Positions 1 through 9,560 of a stretch of DNA of 64,000 nt are shown piece by piece. The stretch lies in assembly GCF_000006765.1 (NCBI RefSeq), contig NC_002516.2. One strand, given 5' to 3'. Origin of the DNA: Pseudomonas aeruginosa PAO1 (GTDB taxonomy: Bacteria > Pseudomonadota > Gammaproteobacteria > Pseudomonadales > Pseudomonadaceae). Each line of letters opens with the position of its first letter. The stretch's first letter is position 1. The notes under the pieces are model-generated. The model was given only the letters and a program-made list of their open reading frames with translations. It was not told the origin of the DNA and made no database searches. The translations under genes were made by a program, and so were the position numbers.

Positions 1-430
1 CGCGCTCGGCCAGGCCGACCCGGGCGAGCATCGCCTCGGCCCGCTCCAGTGCCTCGCGGCGCGGCATCCCTCGATAGCTCAGGGGCAGCGCGACGTTGTC
101 CAGCGCGTTCAGCCGCGGCAACAGGTTGAAGCTCTGGAAGACGAAGCCGATCAGGCGGTTGCGGATCGCCGCCAGTCGGTCCCCGTCGACGCTGAAGATG
201 TCGTGCTCGGCGAAGCGGTAGGCGCCGCTGTCCGGGCGGTCGAGCAGGCCGAGGATATTCAGCAGGGTGCTCTTGCCCGAGCCCGACGCGCCGACGATCG
301 CGCAGCTTTCTCCGGGAAAGATGTCCAGGCAGACGTCTTTCAGTATCTGCAGCGGCTGCCCCCCCAGGAGGTAGCCCTTGCCGATCCCCTGCAGGGAGAT
401 CAATGATTCGTGCTTGTTTGTTGTTGGCAT
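1..430 (-). CDS. MacB/LolD-type ABC transporter ATP-binding subunit, 5' part only (runs off the window start)
   Basis: Hand translation from ATG at 430 gives MPTTNKHESLISLQGIGKGY...GASGSGKSTLLNILG (Walker A)...IRNRLIGFVFQSFNLLPRL. It is absent from the ORF track because it is truncated. Confidence 0.9.
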   Translation of the reverse strand, partial: MPTTNKHESLISLQGIGKGYLLGGQPLQILKDVCLDIFPGESCAIVGASGSGKSTLLNILGLLDRPDSGAYRFAEHDIFSVDGDRLAAIRNRLIGFVFQSFNLLPRLNALDNVALPLSYRGMPRREALERAEAMLARVGLAER

Positions 431-857
431 TCGCACCCGACCGCTCGCATCCCTTCAAGGCCCGCCCGGTCGTACCGCCGCAAGGCCGGCGATACAGGCC
501 GAACGGCCATACTGCTGATGATGGAGACAGCGCACAAGCCGCCACCACCGGCAACGCTACCCCGAGGCGCCAGCGCCGAGCGAAGGTAGCGGCTGGTCCG
601 CCCGGCCAATGCCGGTACTCGATTCCGCCGGGCTTCGCCATATGGCGCGGCCTCTCCGGGCAGGCGGTATTGAGCGCACGGATCGGCTGCGCAGACCACT
701 AGCAGAGCTGACACCATCGCGGCCGTCGATGCACCCCCATCTTTAGTTAGGTGAAGGCTCAGGCATGCTGCTTGGGAGCCCCCCGGGTACCGCCGATGGA
801 GGTGTCCTGCGCAGTTCCCATGTTCCCCTGCGCATGGCTCGTTGAATTCCAGGCATG

Positions 858-894
858 AAAAAACCGCCAGCCGGCAACGCCGGCGGGCGGTTTC
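858..894 (-). terminator. Intrinsic terminator after ettA
   Basis: On the minus strand, an ACCGCC(C)GCCGGC-GTT-GCCGGC(T)GGCGGT hairpin is followed by a T run, just past the ettA stop. Confidence 0.85.
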
Positions 895-906
895 TCGAAG
901 GCGCGC

Positions 907-2571
907 TTACGCCAGTTTCTTGTAGCGCACGCGGTGCGGCTGGGACGCAGCATCGCCCAGGCGCTTCTTGCGGTCGGCCTCGAACTCGGTGTAGTTGCCT
1001 TCGAAGAAGGTCACCTTGCCATCGTCCTCGTAGGAGAGGATGTGGGTGGCGATCCGGTCGAGGAACCAGCGGTCGTGGGAGATCACGATGGCAGCGCCGG
1101 GGAAGTCCAGCAGCGCTTCTTCCAGCGCGCGCAAGGTTTCCACATCGAGGTCGTTGGACGGTTCGTCGAGCAGCAGCACGTTGCCGCCCTGCTTCAGGGT
1201 CAGGGCCAGGTGCAGACGGCCACGCTCACCGCCGGAGAGGTCCTTGACGAACTTCTGCTGGTCGGCGCCCTTGAAGTTGAAGCGACCGACATAGCTGCGC
1301 GAGGGGACTTCGTAGTTGCCGATCTTGATCTGCTCGAAACCGTCGGAAACCTGCTCCCACACGGTCTTGTTGCCTTCCAGGCTGTCACGGCTCTGGTCGA
1401 CGCTGGCGATCTGCACGGTCTCGCCGATCTCGATGGTGCCGGAGTCCGGCTGCTCCTTGCCGGTGAGCATGCGGAACAGGGTCGACTTGCCCGCGCCGTT
1501 GCCGCCGATCACACCGACGATAGCGCCCTTGGGAATGCTCAGGGACAGGTTGTCGATCAGCACGCGGTCGCCGTAGCCCTTGGTCACGTTGTGCAGTTCG
1601 ATGACCTTGTCGCCCAGGCGCGGCCCGGCCGGGATGTAGATCTCGTTGGTCTCGCTGCGCTTCTGGAATTCCTGCGACTGCAGTTCCTCGAAGCGCTGCA
1701 GGCGCGCCTTGGACTTGGCCTGGCGGCCCTTGGCGCCCTGGCGTACCCACTCCAGCTCGGCCTTCATGGCCTTGGCGTGGGAGGCTTCCTGCTTGGCTTC
1801 CTGGGCCAGGCGGGCGGCCTTGGATTCCAGCCAGCCGGAGTAGTTGCCTTCGAACGGGATGCCATGGCCACGGTCGAGTTCGAGGATCCAGCCGGCGACG
1901 TTGTCGAGGAAGTAGCGGTCGTGGGTGATCGCCACCACGGTGCCGGGGAAGTCGTGCAGGAAATGCTCCAGCCAGGCCACCGAGTCGGCGTCCAGGTGGT
2001 TGGTCGGTTCGTCCAGCAGCAGCATGTCGGGAGCCGACAGCAGCAGACGGCACAGCGCTACGCGGCGCTTTTCGCCGCCGGACAGGTGCTCGACCTTGGC
2101 ATCCCACGGCGGCAGGCGCAGGGCGTCGGCGGCGACTTCCAGCTGGCGTTCCAGGTTGTGTCCGTCGGATGCCTGCAGGATCGCCTCCAGCTTGGCCTGC
2201 TCGGCGGCCAGGGCGTCGAAGTCGGCATCCGGCTCGGCATAGGCGGCATAGACCTCGTCCAGCCGCGCCTGGGCCTGCTTGATCTGGCCGACGGCCTCTT
2301 CGACGATGTCGCGCACGGTGGCCTGCGGGTCCAGCTTGGGCTCCTGCGGCAGGTAGCCGACGTTGATCCCCGGCATCGGCCGGGCCTCGCCTTCGATCTC
2401 GGTGTCGACGCCGGCCATGATCCGCAGCAGGGTGGACTTGCCCGCGCCGTTCAGGCCGAGCACGCCGATCTTGGCGCCGGGGAAGAACGACAGGGAGATG
2501 TCCTTGAGGATTTCACGCTTGGGCGGAACGATCTTGCCGACCCGATGCATGGTGTAGACGTACTGAGCCAA
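907..2571 (-). CDS. ettA: Energy-dependent translational throttle protein EttA (ABC-F), TTG start
   Basis: N-terminus (M)AQYVYTMHRVGKIVPPKREILKDISLSFFPGAKIGVLGLNGAGKST matches EttA/YjjK; two ABC domains, no TM segments. SD GAGGTG lies upstream of the TTG at 2571; the track's 2646 start is an extension. Confidence 0.95.
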   Translation of the reverse strand: MAQYVYTMHRVGKIVPPKREILKDISLSFFPGAKIGVLGLNGAGKSTLLRIMAGVDTEIEGEARPMPGINVGYLPQEPKLDPQATVRDIVEEAVGQIKQAQARLDEVYAAYAEPDADFDALAAEQAKLEAILQASDGHNLERQLEVAADALRLPPWDAKVEHLSGGEKRRVALCRLLLSAPDMLLLDEPTNHLDADSVAWLEHFLHDFPGTVVAITHDRYFLDNVAGWILELDRGHGIPFEGNYSGWLESKAARLAQEAKQEASHAKAMKAELEWVRQGAKGRQAKSKARLQRFEELQSQEFQKRSETNEIYIPAGPRLGDKVIELHNVTKGYGDRVLIDNLSLSIPKGAIVGVIGGNGAGKSTLFRMLTGKEQPDSGTIEIGETVQIASVDQSRDSLEGNKTVWEQVSDGFEQIKIGNYEVPSRSYVGRFNFKGADQQKFVKDLSGGERGRLHLALTLKQGGNVLLLDEPSNDLDVETLRALEEALLDFPGAAIVISHDRWFLDRIATHILSYEDDGKVTFFEGNYTEFEADRKKRLGDAASQPHRVRYKKLA

Positions 2572-2681
2572 AACGAGCACCTCATGAAGAAAAGGAAAAA
2601 AACTCGGCCAAGTATATGACAGACCGAGAGAAAGCTGGCCAGCCACCCCGGTTTTCGTGGGGCGGGGCGCTTTGCCGGCGG

Positions 2682-2867
2682 ATGTTCGCCGTCCGATTCC
2701 AGGCCGCTACGCTGACGCTGAGCAGCGTACTGGCCGCCCTTACCGTCTCCGCTACCCTCGTCCTGTCAAAGGCGTTCTGCCTGAGCGAGGCGGCGACCAT
2801 CGCCCCGTGCGAGGTCTGGGTGGGCCTGGCACTGCTCGCGGCCATGGTGCTGCCGCTCAAGACCTGA
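2682..2867 (+). CDS. Putative 61-aa small membrane protein
   Basis: MFAVRFQAATLTLSSVLAALTVSATLVLSKAFCLSEAATIAPCEVWVGLALLAAMVLPLKT has two hydrophobic stretches. By hand count 53 of 60 codons after the ATG end in G/C. SD is weak. Confidence 0.5.
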   Translation: MFAVRFQAATLTLSSVLAALTVSATLVLSKAFCLSEAATIAPCEVWVGLALLAAMVLPLKT

Positions 2868-2904
2868 CGCGAAGCAAGGCGTGGGGAGATCCAGTCTGCT
2901 ACAA

Positions 2905-2924
2905 TTGATCCAAATCAGTCTCAA
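2905..2924. promoter_or_regulatory. Degenerate NfxB-type operator upstream of esrC
   Basis: TTGATCCAAATCAGTCTCAA resembles the palindrome at 9454-9473, and the flanks are also shared (AATTGA...GTCTCAAA.GA.C). Confidence 0.55.
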
Positions 2925-2946
2925 AAGAACAAAAAAAACCTCAAAA

Positions 2947-3582
2947 ATGACACTCGCTCCCAGATCCGCCCAGCTACCCGACTCCCCGCACAGGGACAGT
3001 CTCGACCCAGCGCCAACCCCGTCGTCTCAGGACCAGCGCCTGCTCAAGGCCCTGGCCACCGCGATGGTCAATCATCCGCGCGCCACCATGGGAGAACTGG
3101 CGGAACTGGCAGGAGTGAGCAGGGCAACCCTGAACCGTCATTGCGGTACCCGCGAAGGTCTCAAGCGGCGCCTGGAAAGCCATGCCAGGAGTACCCTCGA
3201 ACGCCTCACCCACAGCGCCGCCCTGCAGCGGCTGGAGCCGCGGGAAGCGCTACGCGAGCTGATCCGGGAACACCTCGCCCAGCGCGACCTGCTGGCGCTG
3301 CTGATGTTCGAGCAGAACCCGGGACGCCAGGCCGGGCATGGGGACGCCAGTTGGCAGTCCTATGTCGAAGCCCTGGACGCCTTCTTCCTGCGCGGCCAGC
3401 AGAAGCGTGTGTTCCGTATCGATATCAGCGCGGCGACCTTCAGCGAACTCTTCATCGTCCTGATCTACGGCATGGTCGATGCCGAGCGCCGCGGTCGCGC
3501 GGCCAGCGCCGGGTTGTCCGCCACGCTGGAGGAGCTGTTCCTGCGTGGCGCGTCGAACCCCGCACAACCTGCCAGCCCTTGA
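2947..3582 (+). CDS. esrC: NfxB-paralogous transcriptional repressor EsrC
   Basis: Aligns with NfxB along its length (DQRLLKALATAMVNHPRATMGELAELAGVSRATLNRHCGTR; WQSYVEALDAFFLRGQQK; LIYGMVDAERRGRAAS). ATG 2947 chosen because the similarity begins upstream of the Met at 3064. Confidence 0.88.
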   Translation: MTLAPRSAQLPDSPHRDSLDPAPTPSSQDQRLLKALATAMVNHPRATMGELAELAGVSRATLNRHCGTREGLKRRLESHARSTLERLTHSAALQRLEPREALRELIREHLAQRDLLALLMFEQNPGRQAGHGDASWQSYVEALDAFFLRGQQKRVFRIDISAATFSELFIVLIYGMVDAERRGRAASAGLSATLEELFLRGASNPAQPASP

Positions 3583-3632
3583 GCGGGCGGCAGTTGCCAC
3601 CCGCTAGCACCGTTTCCCACACGTTTACCCGC

Positions 3633-5072
3633 TCAACTCCTGCCGCCTCGATGTACCACCAGGCTCCGTCCCTCGTCCCAGCCTCCGCCGAGCGCGCGGA
3701 ACAGGTCGACCAGGGCGATCTGCCGCTGGGTGCTGCCGTCGATGAAGGCGATCTCGTTGAGGAAGCTGCTGCGCTGCGCATCGAGGTAGCGCAGGTGGTT
3801 GTCGACGCCACTCTCGTAGCGTGCCTTGGCCAGCTTCAGGGCTTCGTTGCTGCTGTTCGCCAGGGCGCGCAGGGCCTTCTCTTCGCGACGCAGGGTATCG
3901 CTGGCCGCCAGGGCGTCGGCGACCTCGCGGAAAGCGGTCTGGATGGTCCCCTCGTAGGCGGCCACCGCCGAATCCTTGCGCGCCTCGGCCAGGCTCAGGT
4001 TGGCACGGTTGCGCCCGCCATCGAAGATCGGCAGCGTCAACGTCGGCAGGAAGCTCCAGGAGCGCGAGCCGCCATCGAACAGGCCGGACATTTCCGCGCT
4101 GGAGGTGCCGAAGCTGCCGGTCAGGCTGATGCGCGGGAAGAACGCCGCGCGCGCCGCGCCGATATCCGCGTTGCGCGCCCGCAAACGATGTTCGGCGGCA
4201 AGGATGTCCGGACGTCGCTCGATCAGCTCGGACGGCGTGCCGGGAGCGATGTCCTGCAGCAGCTTCGGCCGCTGCCCCGGACTCCGCGGAATCGCCTGCG
4301 CGGCATCGTCGCTACCCAGCAGCAACACCAGCGCGTTGAATGCCTGCTGTTTCTGCCGCAGGTTGCGCTCCTGCTCGGCGCGCGCCTGCTCCACCAGGCC
4401 AAGGGCTTCCTGGTAGTCCAGCGCGGTGGCGGCGCCGGCCGCGCGGCGCTGGTCGATCAGGGCGAAGGAATACTCGCGGCTGACCAGGGTCTGACGGGTC
4501 AGCGCCAGGCGCCGCAGGGCGCCGTCGTAGCTCAGGTAGGCCTGGCTGACCTCGGCGACCAGGGCGATCCGTGCCGCGCGCGCTGCCTCCTCGCTGGCCA
4601 GGTACTGTTGCAGGGCTGCGTCGGTCAGGCTCTTGACCCGACCGAAGAGGTCCAGTTCGTACTCCGGCAGGGCCAGCCCGACCTGGTAGCTGCTGGCCAC
4701 TTCCGAGCGATTGCCGGCGGACAGGTCGGCCGGCTGCCGCTGGCGGTTGCCGGTGGCAGCGGCATTCAGGCCCGGAACCCGGTCGGCGCGCTGGATTCGG
4801 TACTGCGCGCGGGCCGCCTCGATATCCAGGAGGGTCTGGCGCAGCGAGCGGTTGTTATCCAGGGCCATGTCCACCAGGCGGCGTAGTTCGGCATCGACGA
4901 TGAAACTCTTCCAATCCAGCGTGTCGATCGCCGCGCCCTGGCGCTGGGCGGCGGCGCCGCTCCAGCTGTCGGCCACCGGCGCGGCGGGACGTTCGTAGGT
5001 CGGCGCCATGGAGCAGGCGCCGAGGGTCAGGGCGATCAGCAGCGCCGATACGCCGAAAGCAGGTTTGCGCAT
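3633..5072 (-). CDS. oprJ: Outer-membrane efflux channel OprJ
   Basis: Lipobox LTLGAC and OEP/TolC motifs (PSELIERRPDILAAEHRL, LFRALGGGW); third gene of the mexCD operon. Confidence 0.96.
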   Translation of the reverse strand: MRKPAFGVSALLIALTLGACSMAPTYERPAAPVADSWSGAAAQRQGAAIDTLDWKSFIVDAELRRLVDMALDNNRSLRQTLLDIEAARAQYRIQRADRVPGLNAAATGNRQRQPADLSAGNRSEVASSYQVGLALPEYELDLFGRVKSLTDAALQQYLASEEAARAARIALVAEVSQAYLSYDGALRRLALTRQTLVSREYSFALIDQRRAAGAATALDYQEALGLVEQARAEQERNLRQKQQAFNALVLLLGSDDAAQAIPRSPGQRPKLLQDIAPGTPSELIERRPDILAAEHRLRARNADIGAARAAFFPRISLTGSFGTSSAEMSGLFDGGSRSWSFLPTLTLPIFDGGRNRANLSLAEARKDSAVAAYEGTIQTAFREVADALAASDTLRREEKALRALANSSNEALKLAKARYESGVDNHLRYLDAQRSSFLNEIAFIDGSTQRQIALVDLFRALGGGWDEGRSLVVHRGGRS

Positions 5073-5077
5073 CTCGT

Positions 5078-8000
5078 TCACTCCCCGGCCGAAGCGGCCT
5101 GTTCGATGGGTGCCGGCTTGCTGCGCAGCAGCGACAGCAGCCAGACGAAACAGATAGGTACGAACAGCACGCCGAGGAAGGTGGCGCTGAGCATCCCGCC
5201 GATCACTCCGGTGCCGATGGCACGCTGGCTCGCCGCGCCGGCACCGCTGGCCAGGGCCAGGGGTATCACGCCGAGGATGAACGCCATGGAAGTCATGATG
5301 ATCGGCCGGAAGCGCAGGCGCGCGGCCTCGATGGCGGCGTCGCGCAGGCTATGCCCCTGCTCCCAGAGTTCCTTGGCGAACTCGACGATGAGGATCGCGT
5401 TCTTCGCCGAAAGACCGATGATGGTGATCAGGCCGACCTTGAAATACACGTCGTTGGACATACCGCTGACCATCACCGCGAGCACCGCGCCGATGGCGCC
5501 GATCGGCACGATCAGCATCACCGACAGCGGGATCGACCAGCTCTCGTAGAGCGCCACCAGCAACAGGAACACCACCAGGATGGCGAGGGCGAACAGGCTG
5601 GTGGCCTGCCCGGCGGAGACCTTCTCCTGATAGGACAGGCCGGTCCACTCGTAGCCGATGCCGGCCGGCAGCTGCGAGGCCAGGCGCTCCATTTCCGCCA
5701 TGGCTTCGCCGGTACTGAAGCCGGGCGCGGCGTCACCGACGATGCGGATCGACGGGTAGCCGTTATAGCGCACCAATTGCACCGGTCCCTCTTCCCATTT
5801 CACGCTGACGAAGGCGCTGAGCGGTACCAGGTTGCCAGCAGCGTTAGGCACGTATAGCTCGAGCACGCTTTCCGGGGTCATCCGGTTGCCCTGTTCGGCC
5901 TGGATCACCACCCGCTGTTGGCGCCCCGCATTGGTGAAGTCGTTGATCACCTCCGAGCCGAAGGCAGCGGACAGCGTGCCGCTGATGGTCTCGAAGCTCA
6001 CCCCCAGGGCACGGGCCTTCTCCCGGTCGATCAACAGGCGCAGTTGCGGCGCTTCGGCCAGTCCTTCCATCATCGCGTAAAGGAATTTCGGGTTGGTCTG
6101 GATCTCGCCAAGAAGAGTATCGCGAGCCTGCAGCAGCGCTTCGCGGCCGACCCCGCTACGGTCCATCAGGCGCAATGCGAAGCCGCCGGAGTTACCCAGA
6201 CCGTTGATCGGTGGCGGCGACACGGCCATGACCGTGCCATCGTCGGGCAGCGCGAAATGCTCGTTCAGCGCGGCGATCTCGGCGGCGGCCGACTGCTCGG
6301 CGCCTCGCTCGGACCAGTCCTTGAAGGTTGGGAAGGCCAGCGCGGCATTGTCGCCCTGGCCGGAGAAGCTGAAGCCCGAGATCAGGAACACCGAAGCCAC
6401 CGCCTCGCGGGACTTGAGGAAGCGCTCGAGCTCCTCGCCGGTGGCATCGGTGCGCACGCGCGAAGCGCCAGGCGGCAGTTGCACGTCGACCACCATGTAG
6501 CCGAGGTCTTCCGCCGGCACGAAGGCTTCCGGCAGGCGCAGGTAGAAGTAGCCGAGCATGGCCACCAGGCCGGCGTACACCAGCATGAAGCGTCCGGCGC
6601 GCGCCACCAGCTTCGAGTTGAGCAGCGAATAGCGCTCGGTGACGCGGGCGAAGCCACGGTTGAAGGCGCCGAAGAAGCCGCGCTTCTCGTGGTGCCCTTC
6701 GGGAATGGGCTTGAGCAGCGTGGCGCACAGCGCCGGGGTGAAGGTCAGGGCGAGGAAGCCGGAGAACAGGATCGAGACCGCCAGCGACACCGAGAACTGC
6801 TGGTAGATCACCCCCACCGAACCGGCCATGAAAGCCAGCGGCAGGAACACCGCCGAGAGCACCAGGGTGATGCCGACGATGGCGCCGGATACCTGCTTCA
6901 TCGCCTTGACCGTGGCCTCGGCCGGGGAAATCCCCTCCTCCGCCATGATCCGCTCGACGTTCTCCACCACCACGATGGCGTCGTCCACCAGGATGCCGAT
7001 CGCCAGGACCATGCCGAACATGGTCATCATGTTCACCGAGAACCCCAGCAGGTACATCACCATCAGCGTACCCAGCAGGCACACCGGCACCACGATGGAC
7101 GGGATCAGGGTGTAGCGGACGTTCTGCAGGAACAGGAACATCACCAGGAACACCAGGACCATCGCTTCGATCAGGGTGTGGATCACCTTCTCGATGGCCA
7201 CGTCGACGAAGCGCGAGGTGTCGTAGGGCACGCTGTACTGCATGTCCTCGGGGAAGAACGCCGACAGTTCGGCGAGACGCTGTTTCACCAGGGTAGCGGT
7301 CTGGATCGCGTTGGCCCCGGGCGACAGCTGGATAGCCCCGCCCACGGTGGGCGTGCCGTTCAGTCGCGAGGAAATGTTGTAGCTCTCCTTGCCGAGTTCC
7401 AGGCGCGCGACATCGGCGAGCCGGACCAGCGAGCCGTCCTCGTTGGCGCGCAGCACTACCTGGCCGAACTCCTGCGGATCGTCCAGGGTGCCCTTCACCG
7501 CCAGGGTCGCCGTCAGCTCCTGCGCGGAACTGCCCGGTGCGCTGCCGAAGGCGCCGGCCGGCACCTGCACGTTCTGCCCGCGGATGGCATTGCTCACGTC
7601 GTCGATGGAGAGGCCGAAGCCCACCAGCTTCTGCGGATCGATCCAGACCCGCATGGCCGCCTCGGAAGAGAAGAATTGCAGCTTGCCGACGCCCGGCAGG
7701 CGCCGCAGCTCGTTGTTGATATTGCGCGCGGCGTAGTCGCCGAGGGCGGTGGTGTCGCTGCGCTGAGCGCCTTCCTTGTAGCTGAGCGCATAGATCAGCA
7801 GGAAACCGGCGCTGGTCTGCTCGACCTGCAGGCCCTGGGTCAGCACCGCCTGCGGCATGCGCGCCTCGGCTTTCTTCAGGCGGTTCTGCACGTCCACCTG
7901 GGCCAGGTCCGGATCGGTGCCCGGCTCGAAGGTGACGACGATCTCGGCGGTGCCGTTGGAGTTGTTGGTCGACTCGAAGTAGAGCAGGCCCTTGGCGCCG

Positions 8001-8209
8001 TTCAGCGACTCCTCGAGCACACTGGTGACGGAGTCCACCAGCACCTTCGCCGAGGCGCCGGGATAGGTGGCGGTGATGGTGATCTGTGGCGGCGCGACAT
8101 TGGGGTACTGCGCTACCGGCAATTTGGAAATGACCAGCAGGCCGGCCAGGGAGATGAACAGGGCCACCACCCAGGCGAAGTTCGGCCGCTTGATGAAGAA
8201 TTCGGACAT
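5078..8209 (-). CDS. mexD: RND efflux transporter MexD
   Basis: 1043-aa HAE1 RND protein: MSEFFIKRPNFAWV, GILVDDAIVVVENVER, RFRPIIMTS. Confidence 0.97.
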   Translation of the reverse strand: MSEFFIKRPNFAWVVALFISLAGLLVISKLPVAQYPNVAPPQITITATYPGASAKVLVDSVTSVLEESLNGAKGLLYFESTNNSNGTAEIVVTFEPGTDPDLAQVDVQNRLKKAEARMPQAVLTQGLQVEQTSAGFLLIYALSYKEGAQRSDTTALGDYAARNINNELRRLPGVGKLQFFSSEAAMRVWIDPQKLVGFGLSIDDVSNAIRGQNVQVPAGAFGSAPGSSAQELTATLAVKGTLDDPQEFGQVVLRANEDGSLVRLADVARLELGKESYNISSRLNGTPTVGGAIQLSPGANAIQTATLVKQRLAELSAFFPEDMQYSVPYDTSRFVDVAIEKVIHTLIEAMVLVFLVMFLFLQNVRYTLIPSIVVPVCLLGTLMVMYLLGFSVNMMTMFGMVLAIGILVDDAIVVVENVERIMAEEGISPAEATVKAMKQVSGAIVGITLVLSAVFLPLAFMAGSVGVIYQQFSVSLAVSILFSGFLALTFTPALCATLLKPIPEGHHEKRGFFGAFNRGFARVTERYSLLNSKLVARAGRFMLVYAGLVAMLGYFYLRLPEAFVPAEDLGYMVVDVQLPPGASRVRTDATGEELERFLKSREAVASVFLISGFSFSGQGDNAALAFPTFKDWSERGAEQSAAAEIAALNEHFALPDDGTVMAVSPPPINGLGNSGGFALRLMDRSGVGREALLQARDTLLGEIQTNPKFLYAMMEGLAEAPQLRLLIDREKARALGVSFETISGTLSAAFGSEVINDFTNAGRQQRVVIQAEQGNRMTPESVLELYVPNAAGNLVPLSAFVSVKWEEGPVQLVRYNGYPSIRIVGDAAPGFSTGEAMAEMERLASQLPAGIGYEWTGLSYQEKVSAGQATSLFALAILVVFLLLVALYESWSIPLSVMLIVPIGAIGAVLAVMVSGMSNDVYFKVGLITIIGLSAKNAILIVEFAKELWEQGHSLRDAAIEAARLRFRPIIMTSMAFILGVIPLALASGAGAASQRAIGTGVIGGMLSATFLGVLFVPICFVWLLSLLRSKPAPIEQAASAGE

Positions 8210-8236
8210 CGGAAAATCCTCGGGGCGAACCCGCCC

Positions 8237-9400
8237 TTACTGTTGCGGCGCAGGTGACTGGGCTTGCGCCTGGGCACCATCCGGCTTCGGCACGATCTTC
8301 ACCCCCGGCTGCACCGCAGCCAGGCCGCCGACTATGACCCGGTCACCCGGCTCCAGGCCCTCGGTGATCTGCCAGCGCGAACCCTGCATGACGCCGGTAC
8401 CGACGCTGCGCGACTCGGCGCGCTCGTCGGCGCCCACCACCATCACCTGGGCGCTGCCGTCGCTGGAGCGGTGCACGGCCCGTTGCGGCACCAGGATCGC
8501 CTGGTTGTCGATGCCCTGGGGCGTACGTACGCGCACGTACATGCCCGGCAGCAGGACCCCGTCGGGGTTGGCGAACTTGCCGCGCAGGGCGATCTGGCCG
8601 GTGCCGCGATCCACCGCCACGTCGGCGAACTGCAACGCGCCCTGGCGCTCGTAGGGCGTCCCTTCGACGCGCAGGGTCAGCGCCTGGCTGTCGCCGGCGG
8701 CCAAGGTGCCTTTCTTCAGGGCGTCGCGCAGGCGCAGGGCCTCGGCCGCGGTCTGGGTGAAATCCGCATAGATCGGATCGAGCTGCTGGATGCGCGCCAT
8801 CAGCGTCGCCTCGCCCTGCCCGACCAGCGCGCCCTCGGTCACCAGCGCGCGGCCGATGCGCCCGGAGATCGGCGCAGTGACCGAGGCGTAGCCGAGGTTC
8901 AGGCGCGCGGTCTCCAGGTCGGCCTGGGCCGAGCGGGTCGCCGCCTCGGCGCTGCGCAGGTCGGCGGTGGCGGTATCGAAGTCCTGCTGGCTGACCGCCT
9001 GGATCTTCACCAGCGGCTCGTAGCGACGCACCCGCGCCTGCGCCTCGAACAGCACCGCGCGGTTCCGCGCCAGCTCACCCTCGGCGCGCGACACCGCAGC
9101 CTTCAGCGGTGCCGGATCGATCTGGAACAGCAGGTCGCCAGCCTTGACGTCGGCGCCCTCCTCGAAGCGCTTCCGCACGACGATGCCGGCCACCCGCGCG
9201 CGCACCTCGGCGACCCGCACCGGTTCGATCCGCCCAGGCAGTTCCGAACTCAGCGCCAGGGGCTCGGCCTGCACCGTCAGGACCTCCACCGGCAACACCA
9301 TTTCGGCGGCCTCCTGTCGCTCTTCCGCCGGCCCACAACCCGCCAACGCGATGGCCATAGCCAACGCCCCGATCCTTCCTATTGCACGCAAATCAGCCAT
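8237..9400 (-). CDS. mexC: Membrane fusion protein MexC
   Basis: Lipobox ALAGC, MFP motifs (EVRARVAGIV, APISGRIG, VDRGTG); first gene of the operon, divergent from nfxB. Confidence 0.96.
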   Translation of the reverse strand: MADLRAIGRIGALAMAIALAGCGPAEERQEAAEMVLPVEVLTVQAEPLALSSELPGRIEPVRVAEVRARVAGIVVRKRFEEGADVKAGDLLFQIDPAPLKAAVSRAEGELARNRAVLFEAQARVRRYEPLVKIQAVSQQDFDTATADLRSAEAATRSAQADLETARLNLGYASVTAPISGRIGRALVTEGALVGQGEATLMARIQQLDPIYADFTQTAAEALRLRDALKKGTLAAGDSQALTLRVEGTPYERQGALQFADVAVDRGTGQIALRGKFANPDGVLLPGMYVRVRTPQGIDNQAILVPQRAVHRSSDGSAQVMVVGADERAESRSVGTGVMQGSRWQITEGLEPGDRVIVGGLAAVQPGVKIVPKPDGAQAQAQSPAPQQ

Positions 9401-9453
9401 GACACACCCGACCGTTGATTGAAAACGGATCGAATGGTACTTTTTCGAGCTAA

Positions 9454-9473
9454 TTGAGTCAATATTGTCTCAA
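9454..9473. promoter_or_regulatory. Palindromic operator in the nfxB-mexC intergenic region
   Basis: TTGAGTCAATATTGTCTCAA is a near-perfect inverted repeat between the divergent genes; NfxB is known to bind this intergenic region. Confidence 0.7.
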
Positions 9474-9560
9474 ATGATCTTTTGACAGCTAATTCCTTTG
9501 GACGCGAGGCCAGTTTTCTGCACAATGCGCACAATCAGAAAAACCAACCGGGACCCATCG

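Noticed and set aside
359-365. C7 homopolymer in the ABC ATPase gene (also A8 at 2931-2938 upstream of esrC) as phase-variation sites
   Set aside because: Tracts are short, the ATPase frame is intact, and there is no evidence of variation.
400-717. Overlapping ORFs 400-717 (-) and 403-702 (+) upstream of the ABC ATPase, as possible exported peptide substrates
   Set aside because: No SD, poor codon bias, no recognisable motif, and both overlap the ATPase start.
741-800. GTTAGGTGAAGGCTC...GCTGCT...CGCCGATGG resembles the 5' end of an M-box (ykoK) Mg2+ riboswitch
   Set aside because: It faces the 3' end of ettA with no downstream plus-strand gene, and the rest of the M-box core is not recognisable; probably chance. 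An Infernal search would settle it.
934-2619. Long antisense or alternative-frame ORFs, also at 5918-8257, 11895-14717, 17632-19833, 24179-25864, 34562-36496, 54943-56646 and 62461-63726
   Set aside because: Typical stop-poor shadows of real genes in high-GC DNA; no motifs or SD.
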